Source of the DNA: Chitinophagaceae bacterium
GTDB lineage: Bacteria; Bacteroidota; Bacteroidia; Chitinophagales; Chitinophagaceae
Direction: 5' to 3'
Length of the DNA stretch: 64,000 nt
Assembly: GCA_041752135.1 (NCBI GenBank)
Contig: JBGSHT010000090.1
Coordinates: 1,888-65,887 of the forward strand
The notes under the pieces are model-generated. The model saw only the letters and a program-made list of their open reading frames with translations, searched no databases and was not told the DNA's origin. Position numbers and translations under genes: made by a program. This document shows, one piece after another, positions 18,865 through 27,509 of the stretch. The first letter of the stretch is position 1; every line of letters begins with the position of its first letter.

Positions 18865-20541
18865 ATGAGACTGAAAAAATTATATATCATTGCGCTGTCG
18901 GTGGTCATGCTCGGGGCTTGTAATAAGAAACTGGATGAGTTACTGGTTAACCCCAACTCACCCTCCCCGGATAAAGCAAACGCCGATCTTTACCTGACAC
19001 AAATGCAACTCAATTTTGCAGGATTTTTTGATGGTGCTTCAGGATTTGGTATGGAAGTAACCCGTATGATCGTTATGTACGGGCCTACCTATAACAACGC
19101 CTATTCTCCACAATCTTTCGATGGTCTTTGGTCCACCGCCTATACAGGTGTAATTAAGCACGCAAATGCTTTGATCCCCATCGCAGAATCACAAAAGAAA
19201 TTTGTGAATGTGGCCATGGCAAAAACCCTGAAGGCATATACCATGATCACCCTGGTTGATCTGTTTGGAGACATTCCTTTTACAGAAGCCAACCTTGGAG
19301 CAGACAATACGAACCCGGTAATTGACAAGGGAGCTGATGTGTATGCAAAAGCAATCACCTTACTTGATGAATCCATTGCCGCATTGTCAGAAGCTAATAT
19401 CCCAAACATCGGCGCTTATCCGGGCACACAGGATCTGTTCTATAATGCTTCAAATGCAACCGGTGCAAGAAGGTGGAGGACTGCCGCTAAGTTGATGAAA
19501 CTGCGTGCTTTAGCTAATACCAGGTTAGTGGATGCAAGTGCCAAAGCCAAAATCGAGGCCTTACTGACAGACAGTGATATCACTGCTGCAACAGCAGCCA
19601 ATGATTTTGAATTCAAATATTCTTCCAAGCAAACCAACCCTAACAGCCGTCACCCACGTTATAATGGTAACTACGTTCCAACAGGTAGTGCCGGTGACTA
19701 TATGGGTACATATTTAATGTGGGTTTTAGTTCAGGAAAGAGGAACTGGAAATAACAACGATCCAAGGACCCGTTATTATTTCTATCGCCAGCGTACAAAC
19801 TATGCTGCCGTTACCGTTCAAACCTCTTCCTGTTCTGTAGCGCCTCCGCCGCCACACTTTCCTGCCGGCATGCCTTATTGCCTGTTGCTGCAAGGATATT
19901 GGGGCCGTGACCATGGTGACAACAGCGGTATCCCGCCAGATGGTAACCTTAGGACTACCTGGGGTATTTATCCTGCCGGTGGTGAATTCGATGCTAACCA
20001 GGGAACCAGCGTCTCGCTGAACCGTGGTGGTAACGGAGCAGGTATCCAGCCGATCTGGCAAACTGCTTTCACAGATTTTCTTAAGTCTGAACTTGCTTTG
20101 AAACTGGGTACGCCCGGTGATCCAAAAGTTTTGCTAGAAAGTGGTATCAGGAAATCTATGGCAAAAGTGATTGGTTTCCCGGCAACAGTTGGATTTACTC
20201 CTACTGCTTCCTTAGTGCCAGATCAGGCACGCCTGGATGCATATGTTGCCAAAACACTCGCCGAATATGATGCTGCAACAAGCGATGATGAACGCCTGAA
20301 TGTAATCATGAGGGAATACTATATTGCTTTATGGGGTAACGGAGTTGATGCCAATAACAACTACCGCCGTACCGGTATGCCAAACAATATGCAATTGACC
20401 CGTACTTCTGCGCCAGGTTCTTTTACCCGGTCTATGCTGTACCCGTCTAACCTGGTAAACCTGAATCAGAATGCTGAACAAAAATCAGGTGTTGACGTTA
20501 GGGTTTTCTGGGATAATAATCCTCCCGGTTTCATAAAATAA
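18865..20541 (+). CDS. susD: SusD/RagB family surface lipoprotein
   Basis: Lipobox LGAC, LVDLFGDIPFTEA, DPR, NYRRTG and VFWD; directly downstream of susC. Confidence 0.95.
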   Translation: MRLKKLYIIALSVVMLGACNKKLDELLVNPNSPSPDKANADLYLTQMQLNFAGFFDGASGFGMEVTRMIVMYGPTYNNAYSPQSFDGLWSTAYTGVIKHANALIPIAESQKKFVNVAMAKTLKAYTMITLVDLFGDIPFTEANLGADNTNPVIDKGADVYAKAITLLDESIAALSEANIPNIGAYPGTQDLFYNASNATGARRWRTAAKLMKLRALANTRLVDASAKAKIEALLTDSDITAATAANDFEFKYSSKQTNPNSRHPRYNGNYVPTGSAGDYMGTYLMWVLVQERGTGNNNDPRTRYYFYRQRTNYAAVTVQTSSCSVAPPPPHFPAGMPYCLLLQGYWGRDHGDNSGIPPDGNLRTTWGIYPAGGEFDANQGTSVSLNRGGNGAGIQPIWQTAFTDFLKSELALKLGTPGDPKVLLESGIRKSMAKVIGFPATVGFTPTASLVPDQARLDAYVAKTLAEYDAATSDDERLNVIMREYYIALWGNGVDANNNYRRTGMPNNMQLTRTSAPGSFTRSMLYPSNLVNLNQNAEQKSGVDVRVFWDNNPPGFIK

Positions 20542-20552
20542 AAATTCAAATT

Positions 20553-21407
20553 ATGCGAAGAATAATTTCATCAGTTTGTGTACTTGCAGTAGTTGCTGCA
20601 ACTATGAACTCCTGTCAAAAGGGAGAAGTTGTTCAGGATGTAAATTCTCTGGGGCAGGGTTCTTATGTAACTATTGTCCAGAAAAACAACCTGATCGTTG
20701 ATGCTACCAATCCGGCAGGCAGTAAAGTTGGCCTCGTTGCTAAGGAATACGGTGCAGCACAGGAAAAAGTAATTCTGTATACTGCCAAGGGTACCGCTAC
20801 CCAGGACAGGACTAAATGGAAAAAAGTAAAGGAATTTCCAATTAATAATGGTGAATATACAATCGAAGTTACTGGTGCTGAGATCGCTGCTGCTGTGGGT
20901 GGAACCCTGGCACCCGGTGATATCTATACCATGTACAACTCTTGTATCACAACCGATGGCCGTGTATTTGATTTCGGTAACACATTTGCAGAGTATGCAA
21001 ATAACCCGATCTACAACATGGCACTCACCTGGCAGGCTACTGTAGTATGTCCGTTTATTCCTGCAGATGCAGCAGGCACATACACCATTACTACTGACCC
21101 ATGGGATGGCGCTGTTGGCGAAACATCTGAAGTAACTGCTACAGCTACTACAGCAACGCTGACCTATGCTTTCCCTTATGCAGCACCTCCAGGTGTTAAT
21201 CCATTAGTGCTCACTATTGTTCCAACTACCGGTAGTGTTACAGTTGCAAAGCAGACCTATGGAAGTTATGGTGCCGGATTCGAGAATTTCACTGCCGCAG
21301 GCACTGGATTCTTCTTCTCCTGTACCGGTTTCATTGATCTTTCTTTGAACCATGTATCTGGCGGCGGAACCAACTATGGTACCTATGCACTTAGAATGAA
21401 GAAGTAA
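20553..21407 (+). CDS. SusCD-associated surface lipoprotein of unknown function
   Basis: Lipobox MNSC; 11 bp after susD; Thr/Ala/Gly-rich beta-strand composition. Confidence 0.8.
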   Translation: MRRIISSVCVLAVVAATMNSCQKGEVVQDVNSLGQGSYVTIVQKNNLIVDATNPAGSKVGLVAKEYGAAQEKVILYTAKGTATQDRTKWKKVKEFPINNGEYTIEVTGAEIAAAVGGTLAPGDIYTMYNSCITTDGRVFDFGNTFAEYANNPIYNMALTWQATVVCPFIPADAAGTYTITTDPWDGAVGETSEVTATATTATLTYAFPYAAPPGVNPLVLTIVPTTGSVTVAKQTYGSYGAGFENFTAAGTGFFFSCTGFIDLSLNHVSGGGTNYGTYALRMKK

Positions 21408-21426
21408 TCTTCACGCTATATTTTAG

Positions 21427-21460
21427 AAAGGCTATCCGGCAACGGGTAGCCTTTTCTTTT
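21427..21460 (+). terminator. Intrinsic terminator of the susCD operon
   Basis: AAAGGCTATCCG-GCAA-CGGGTAGCCTTT followed by TCTTTT. Confidence 0.85.
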
Positions 21461-21462
21461 AG

Positions 21463-21548
21463 AAGTGGAAAATCGAAAGTGGAAAGTCGAAAGTGAAATA
21501 CAGAAACGGTAGAAAATAAGGAATAAGAAATAAAGAATAAGGAATAAG
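21463..21548. repeat. Two adjacent heptamer tandem arrays (AAGTGGA-type x5; RAATAAR x5)
   Basis: aagtgga aaatcga aagtgga aagtcga aagtgaa (21463-21497); aaataag gaataag aaataaa gaataag gaataag (21514-21548). Confidence 0.85.
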
Positions 21549-21814
21549 GAAGTTGAAGGTAGTCTTACCTCCCAAAATTGAGAGAACATAACTTTTACAC
21601 TAATTGCTGTATTATGCTCATTGGATAGGCTTACCAATAATCAAGTGATAAAGAAATAGTAAATATTCCGAACGAATGATACTCCCCCAACCTGTCATCC
21701 TATGTTTGTATCAATAAAGAAAATAGAGGAGTTTCAGCATTCGGACAAGTTCCTTTTGGTCTTACTTTTACCTTTGCCGCCCCCAGTAAATATTTTGCGT
21801 TTTAGGTATAAGTT

Positions 21815-21868
21815 CTTTAAAGATGATACATTTATAAGGACCTTTAAAGATGATACATTTATAAGGAC
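21815..21868. repeat. Perfect 27-bp tandem duplication
   Basis: CTTTAAAGATGATACATTTATAAGGAC twice, at 21815-21841 and 21842-21868. Confidence 0.95.
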
Positions 21869-21874
21869 CTTGCT

Positions 21875-22220
21875 ATTTAAAATAATGTCGCCCCGCTGGG
21901 GCTCTATTGACAATCAATTGTTTTCTACAAGAATACCGCTCCGCTGGAGCTGAAAGGCAAAACAACTTAACATCCTTTTTATATGAATGCCCCAGCGGGA
22001 CGAAATTCTTACAGACGCGAATGTATTTTGTATTCGAGTCCACCGCGGCGGAGCGAAATTATTGTAAACCCGATTGTATTTGAGCCCCAGCGGGGCGATA
22101 TTCTTGTAGATTAGATCGTATTTTTGTATTAGAGTCCGCCGCGGCGGAGCGACATTCTTGTAGCACATTTAAATCAATTTTATCTATTTGATATTTAATT
22201 AGATACGCGTTGTGTCATTG
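21875..22220. repeat. Composite REP/BIME-like element, copy 2 (inverted relative to 503-850)
   Basis: Units at 21877-21903, 21925-21951, 21988-22014, 22037-22067, 22083-22109 and 22133-22163. Leader 22164-22220 matches 503-559 at 49 of 57 positions without gaps. Confidence 0.9.
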
Positions 22221-22628
22221 CCAGGATCAAAGGATATTTTCAGGGCATCCAGGAAAAATGCATCTTTCGTCGGAATAATAAAATCAAATGAGTATTGTTC
22301 ATCCTGAACCCGGTTTTAGTTAAAACTCATTTATATTCAGTAACACAGGGTGAAGGATCTTATTAGGAACCTTTTTGAAAAAGCATTAACAAATTTCTCT
22401 AATAACACATCACATAAAAAAAGTAAATAAAAAGAAGTGAAATGGAGAATTCTTACAGTTAAGGGTTGAGGTTTAATTCCGTTTAATTTTCTTTAATCCT
22501 GCTTTGCATCTCTTCTTATTCCCCTTGGCTGTTCCCTTTGCGTCTTTGCGTGAAAAAAGGAAAGAAATTCAAACCTGCAGAAAAGTGTTTATCCGTTAAA
22601 AAATTATAAAACTCAGTCTGGAAAAGAA

Positions 22629-24176
22629 TTATAACCTTATCTCCTCGTCGTTCTTATCAAAGAAATGGAACTCGGTGAGGTGATAGTTATTATTGGAGAG
22701 TAAAAGGATTGGCTGTTTGAATTTCCAGCTCCATTTACGGCGCTTGGAAATAAGGCCCTTTGTGAGATATGCGTGAAGTATTGGATGGACGGCCACTTTC
22801 AGTCCCTTATGCTTTTGCATGGCCAGGTAACTAAGGTTTTTTTCGATCTCATCCTCCAGGATCAGTGCTGAAGAAATTTTTCCGGTGCCCTGGCAGGAAG
22901 GACATACTTCCTGTGTATTGATGGTCATTTCAGGCTTCATCCGCTGGCGGGTGATCTGCATCAGCCCGAACTTGGAAATTGCCAGTACGGCATGTTTGGC
23001 GCGGTCCAGGCGCATAAAGGTTTCCATTGCCTCATGCAGCCGCTTTTTATTATCAGGCAGTTTCATGTCAATGAAATCAACAACGATGATACCGCCAATA
23101 TCCCTTAACCTCAATTGACGCGCGATTTCTTCCGCCGCCTCCAGGTTGGTTTGCAAAGCGTTTTCTTCCTGGTTATTACCTACACTTTTATAACCGCTGT
23201 TTACATCAATAACGTGCAACGCTTCTGTATGCTCAACGATCAGGTACGCACCACTGGGGAGGTTTACGGTTTTTCCAAAGGCGGCTTTCACCTGCTTGGT
23301 GATACCGTATTGGTCAAATATGGGAGACCCGTTATGATAATAAGAAACGATATCCGCTTTATCAGGGGCTATCTTCTGGATGTACAGTTTGGTATCGTTA
23401 AAAATGCTCTTGTCATTGATAACGATCTTATTGAAATCCTCACTGAGGAGATCGCGCAATATGCTTGTTGTCTTAGTTTGTTCGCTCAGGATCTTTGCAG
23501 GTGCAGTTGCACCTTTCAGGTTATGCTGAAGGCTCTTCCAGCTTTGGAAAAGGTTAATGAGGTCTTCATGCAGTTCGGCCGTGTTTTTACCTTCTGCCGC
23601 TGTACGCACGATGACACCAAAGTTTTTGGGCTTGATGGATTCAACGATCTTTTGCAGACGGCGTCTTTCATCAGATGAATGTATTTTCCGGGATACCGCT
23701 ATAACATCGTTAAAAGGCGTTAAAACAACAAAACGACCGGGTAATGATATTTCACAGCTGAGCCGCGGTCCCTTGGCGGCAATCGGTTCCTTTAAGATCT
23801 GAACGAGTATATTAGGCCGTTGGCCAAGCACTTCATTGATCTTTCCGGTTTTAATAATTTCCGGTTCAATTTCAAATTTGGAGAAATCAAAGCCTTCAGG
23901 TGTTTTATCCTGCATGGCCACCTGGGTAAATTTGAGGAGCGACTTAGCATAAGGGCTAAGATCGGTATAATGCAGAAAGGCATCTTTTTCGAAGCCAACA
24001 TCTACAAATGCAGCGTTGAGACCGGGGATAAGTTTTTTAACTTTTCCAAGGTACAGGTCTCCCACGGCAAAACTGGCATCTGTTTTTTCATTATGCAGTT
24101 CAACCAGTTTTTTATCTTCCAGCAAGGCGATTTCAACGCCCTGGGGAGCAGCATTTATAATTAGTTCTTTGTTCAA
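22629..24176 (-). CDS. rng: Ribonuclease E/G family (Rne/Rng)
   Basis: S1 domain (GDLYLGKV..LNAAFVDVG), VIDVNSG, RQLRLRDIGGIIVVDFIDM and CPSCQGTG zinc link. TTG start. Confidence 0.96.
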   Translation of the reverse strand: MNKELIINAAPQGVEIALLEDKKLVELHNEKTDASFAVGDLYLGKVKKLIPGLNAAFVDVGFEKDAFLHYTDLSPYAKSLLKFTQVAMQDKTPEGFDFSKFEIEPEIIKTGKINEVLGQRPNILVQILKEPIAAKGPRLSCEISLPGRFVVLTPFNDVIAVSRKIHSSDERRRLQKIVESIKPKNFGVIVRTAAEGKNTAELHEDLINLFQSWKSLQHNLKGATAPAKILSEQTKTTSILRDLLSEDFNKIVINDKSIFNDTKLYIQKIAPDKADIVSYYHNGSPIFDQYGITKQVKAAFGKTVNLPSGAYLIVEHTEALHVIDVNSGYKSVGNNQEENALQTNLEAAEEIARQLRLRDIGGIIVVDFIDMKLPDNKKRLHEAMETFMRLDRAKHAVLAISKFGLMQITRQRMKPEMTINTQEVCPSCQGTGKISSALILEDEIEKNLSYLAMQKHKGLKVAVHPILHAYLTKGLISKRRKWSWKFKQPILLLSNNNYHLTEFHFFDKNDEEIRL

Positions 24177-24286
24177 GCGTAAAGACCCTTTAATTCAACC
24201 ACAACTCAGATTCCGTATGGACGGGAACCCCTCATACCAGGTACGCTATGAAAGGCAGGCAATCCATTGATTAGAAATAACAGATA

Positions 24287-24314
24287 TTCCGGCGCGATAA
24301 GTTTCGCGCCGGAA
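24287..24314 (-). terminator. Strong hairpin between the bS22-like gene and rng (weak terminator or stability element)
   Basis: 11-bp stem TTCCGGCGCGA/TCGCGCCGGAA; only an imperfect U-tract on the minus strand. Confidence 0.55.
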
Positions 24315-24324
24315 AACAGGGAAA

Positions 24325-24420
24325 TTATTTTTTCCCTTTCTTATGGCGATTTTTCCTCAGCCTTTTTTTACGCTTATGTGTTGCTATTTTATGACGTTTT
24401 CTCTTTTTACCACAAGGCAT
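24325..24420 (-). CDS. 31-aa basic protein, bS22-like small-subunit ribosomal protein (AURKAIP1/COX24, mS38-like); below the ORF-track cutoff
   Basis: Manual translation gives MPCGKKRKRHKIATHKRKKRLRKNRHKKGKK*, matching the Bacteroidota MPxGKKRKRHKxATHKRKKR pattern; it lies between the TPR gene and rng. Confidence 0.88.
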   Translation of the reverse strand: MPCGKKRKRHKIATHKRKKRLRKNRHKKGKK

Positions 24421-24448
24421 AACTCAGTAATTTATAAAGTATAAAAAA

Positions 24449-25297
24449 TTATTGCAATGATTTGATCTTATCGTCTATGGCCTTGATCACTTCCGGGTTA
24501 CTAACCCTTTTCTTTCCTTCGGTAAACCAATAGATCGACTGTTTTTTATCGCCAAGCCTTTCATAGGTTTCAGCCAGCAGAAAGACAGCTTCGTTATTTC
24601 CGGGTTCATTCTGAACAACCTTTAAAAACCTTTCTGCAGCTTTATCCAGTTGTCCGGAGATCATTCCTCCATATCCAAGCATGAATTGCGCGTACATATT
24701 GCTTGTATCACGCGTGGCAACTTCCCGGATACTCATTATACCTTCCATCGGGGAAGCGTCTTCACCGGCCCCAAAGAAAAATGTACTGCCCAGACCAACT
24801 TTCGCGGAGTCATTCAAAGGGTTCATCTCCAGGGAACGGCTAAACAGGTCTTTAGCCTGTAACGCCATCCAGCTTTTCAGGGAAGGGTCGCCCACACCTC
24901 TTAATTCATCAAGATACGAGTGGGCGGCAAAGTTGAGGTTTTTTTCAGACTTTTCCAATTTAGCCTTTTCTCCCGTATACCAGAGGTATGGGAGGTACTG
25001 ACCTGCACTGTCTTTCCAATAGAGCGCAAGCTGGCCGTAGACCCCGATTTTCTGGGTCACCAGGTCGCCACGTGAAATGGTATTTTCCAGTGAGGTAATT
25101 CGGGCTGCTTGTTGCGGAGTAAGCTGTTTTTTGGAATTTGCGAGGATGTCTTCTATTTTCAGGGAGTTGTGTTCATCACTTTTATGTGTTTCCTGAGGAA
25201 CTATACCCTTACTATGTGGTTTTGTTCTGCCAAAGAAAAACAGGCTAAATAGTATAATTACACCACTTCCTGCAACAATCCACTGTTGCTTGTTCAA
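24449..25297 (-). CDS. Tetratricopeptide repeat protein with N-terminal membrane anchor
   Basis: Hydrophobic N-terminus; C-terminal TPR-like repeats (AQFMLG...GQLDKAAERF; AVFLLAETYERLG). Confidence 0.85.
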   Translation of the reverse strand: MNKQQWIVAGSGVIILFSLFFFGRTKPHSKGIVPQETHKSDEHNSLKIEDILANSKKQLTPQQAARITSLENTISRGDLVTQKIGVYGQLALYWKDSAGQYLPYLWYTGEKAKLEKSEKNLNFAAHSYLDELRGVGDPSLKSWMALQAKDLFSRSLEMNPLNDSAKVGLGSTFFFGAGEDASPMEGIMSIREVATRDTSNMYAQFMLGYGGMISGQLDKAAERFLKVVQNEPGNNEAVFLLAETYERLGDKKQSIYWFTEGKKRVSNPEVIKAIDDKIKSLQ

Positions 25298-25321
25298 GTT
25301 AAATGAGTTTAGCCAGCAAAG

Positions 25322-25654
25322 TTAACGAGCTTCTGCCATTTCTTCGGCACCATCTTCCCGGATTGCCGCATCGATCTGCAGTTTTTTAACTTCTTGTACA
25401 AACTCCTTAGCCGGTTTAAAGGCAGGAATAAAATGAGCGGGGATGTGAACAGCCGTATTTTTCTTAATGTTACGACCTATTTTAGCAGCTCTTTTTTTGG
25501 TTATGAAGCTTCCGAAACCCCTGATGTAAATGTTTTCACCCTGGGAAAGGGATTCTTTTACTTCTTTGAACATGGTTTCAAGAGCTACCAGTACGTCTAC
25601 TTTAGGGATACCGGTTTTTTCGGCAATGTTGTTGATTAAGTCGGCTTTTCTCAT
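25322..25654 (-). CDS. HU/IHF family DNA-binding protein
   Basis: MRKADLI, IRGFGSF, GRNI and IPAFKPAK motifs; acidic C-terminal tail. Confidence 0.95.
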   Translation of the reverse strand: MRKADLINNIAEKTGIPKVDVLVALETMFKEVKESLSQGENIYIRGFGSFITKKRAAKIGRNIKKNTAVHIPAHFIPAFKPAKEFVQEVKKLQIDAAIREDGAEEMAEAR

Positions 25655-25866
25655 TTTGGGCGATTTTGTACGAAAAATGGGATATTACAGTTTTAAAATT
25701 CCTCTTTTGGAGGTTGCCCGGGTAATTGGCCCGGATCAGGTTATAAAATTAATAAAATCAATTAATTATCTATGCTTGTTGCGTATAATGAACGGACAAT
25801 TTTTACAAAAATTGTATTATTTAGGATAATTATGTGAAAAACGGCTATATAATCATCTGAAAACAA

Positions 25867-26922
25867 ATGAATTCTTCCTTTACATCAATCCTTATGCATT
25901 GGCATAAGTCAAAAAACACCCGACTGATGCCCTGGAAAGGGGAAAAAGACCCTTTTAAGATCTGGCTGAGTGAAATCATTTTACAGCAAACAAGGGTTGA
26001 GCAGGGTTGGGATTACTATAATCGGTTTGTGGCAAAATTTCCCACTATCCGCCATCTGGCAGAAGCCCCTGACCAGGAGGTATTCAAACTTTGGGAAGGG
26101 CTGGGTTACTATGCCCGTTGCAGGAACCTCCTGCATACCGCCAGGGTCATAACAAGAGATTATAATGGGGAGTTCCCCGTAACGTATCAGGAAGTGGTTA
26201 ACCTCAAAGGAATTGGACCCTACACGGCTGCTGCAATCACTTCATTTGCCTTTGGCCTGCCATATGCTGTTGTGGACGGTAATGTATTAAGGGTACTGTC
26301 AAGGGTGTTTGGTATTGAAGACCCAATAGATAGTAAAACCGGTAAAGAGAAACTAACTGCGCTTGCCGATAGTTTGCTCGACCGGAAAAACCCCGGTCTT
26401 TATAACCAGGCCATTATGGATTTCGGGGCGGTGGTTTGCAAGCCGGCATCTCCTTTATGCAGCACTTGTCCCGCCCGTGATATTTGCGTGGCCCGCAAAA
26501 AGGGTATTGTTGATAAATTGCCAGTCAAAGCGTTGAAAATCAGCAGAAAAAAGAGGTGGTTCTATTATTTCCTGGTAGAAAAAAGCGGTAAGTTATTGGT
26601 CCGTCAGCGTATGGAAAAAGATATCTGGCGGCACCTTAATGAGTTTTTCCTGGTTGAAACCTCCCGTAGGCAAATGACAAATAAATTGATTCAATCACCT
26701 GAGTTTTTGTCATTATTTCATGGAGAATCACCCATCGTCACTGAAATATCGGAAGAATACAGGCAACTGCTGACACACCAGGAAATCCACGGCAGGTTCA
26801 TCAGGGTAAAAGCTCCGGGAAAAATGGACTTACCAGAAGGGTTTCAATGGATAAGCAAAGAAGAACTTAAAAAAATTCCCTTTCCAAAATATATCCTTTC
26901 TTATTTGACAGAAAATGGGTAA
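25867..26922 (+). CDS. mutY: A/G-specific adenine glycosylase MutY
   Basis: WLSEIILQQT, WEGLGYY, LKGIGPYTAAA (HhH), VDGNV and the CX6CX2CX5C Fe-S motif. Confidence 0.97.
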   Translation: MNSSFTSILMHWHKSKNTRLMPWKGEKDPFKIWLSEIILQQTRVEQGWDYYNRFVAKFPTIRHLAEAPDQEVFKLWEGLGYYARCRNLLHTARVITRDYNGEFPVTYQEVVNLKGIGPYTAAAITSFAFGLPYAVVDGNVLRVLSRVFGIEDPIDSKTGKEKLTALADSLLDRKNPGLYNQAIMDFGAVVCKPASPLCSTCPARDICVARKKGIVDKLPVKALKISRKKRWFYYFLVEKSGKLLVRQRMEKDIWRHLNEFFLVETSRRQMTNKLIQSPEFLSLFHGESPIVTEISEEYRQLLTHQEIHGRFIRVKAPGKMDLPEGFQWISKEELKKIPFPKYILSYLTENG

Positions 26923-26973
26923 ATTTATTAAGCAACCAGGACAGGAACTGACTTTCAGAATAAACGTAATTAT

Positions 26974-27411
26974 ATGCGCGGCGTAAACAGGGTAATGCTG
27001 ATTGGGAACCTCGGTAAAGACCCGGATGTACAAATTTTAGAAGGAAATATTGCCGTAGCCAAATTCCCGCTGGCTACTACGGAAACCTATAAAGACAGAA
27101 CCGGTAAACTCATAAGCCAGACCGAATGGCACACGGTGGTATTATGGAGGGGCCTGGCGGAACTGGCACAAAAATACCTGCATAAAGGAAGCCTGATTTA
27201 CGTGGAGGGCCGCCTTCGCACCCGAAACTGGGACGATAAAGAGGGCCACCGTAAGTTTGCCACTGAAGTTGTGGGGGATAATCTCATAATGCTTGATAAG
27301 CGCGCAGACGGTAGCGGTTTACCGGGAACCGGTGGTCCGGCAGGTTTTGACAGCCCCGGTCCGGACGATTTACCTTCACTTGGTGAACATTCTCCTGACC
27401 TTCCTTTCTGA
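26974..27411 (+). CDS. ssb: Single-stranded DNA-binding protein
   Basis: VNRVMLIGNLGKDP, TEWH, KGSLIYVEGRL and C-terminal DLPF. Confidence 0.97.
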   Translation: MRGVNRVMLIGNLGKDPDVQILEGNIAVAKFPLATTETYKDRTGKLISQTEWHTVVLWRGLAELAQKYLHKGSLIYVEGRLRTRNWDDKEGHRKFATEVVGDNLIMLDKRADGSGLPGTGGPAGFDSPGPDDLPSLGEHSPDLPF

Positions 27412-27509
27412 TGCAAAAAATGATTTTATTATGTTTGCATCAGGATCATGGCAATTCGACCTTGAAAAGGTGTTGATGTCAGATCATTTTTTTCACTAAA
27501 AGTCATCTT

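Noticed and set aside
15639-21407. Polysaccharide utilisation locus
   Set aside because: No CAZyme, sulfatase or HTCS/ECF regulator is adjacent, and terminators bound the three genes.
21552-21814. Pseudogene or transposase remnant beside element copy 2
   Set aside because: The frames I translated have frequent stops and no HUH, DDE or other recognisable motif. A tBLASTx search would be needed to exclude it.
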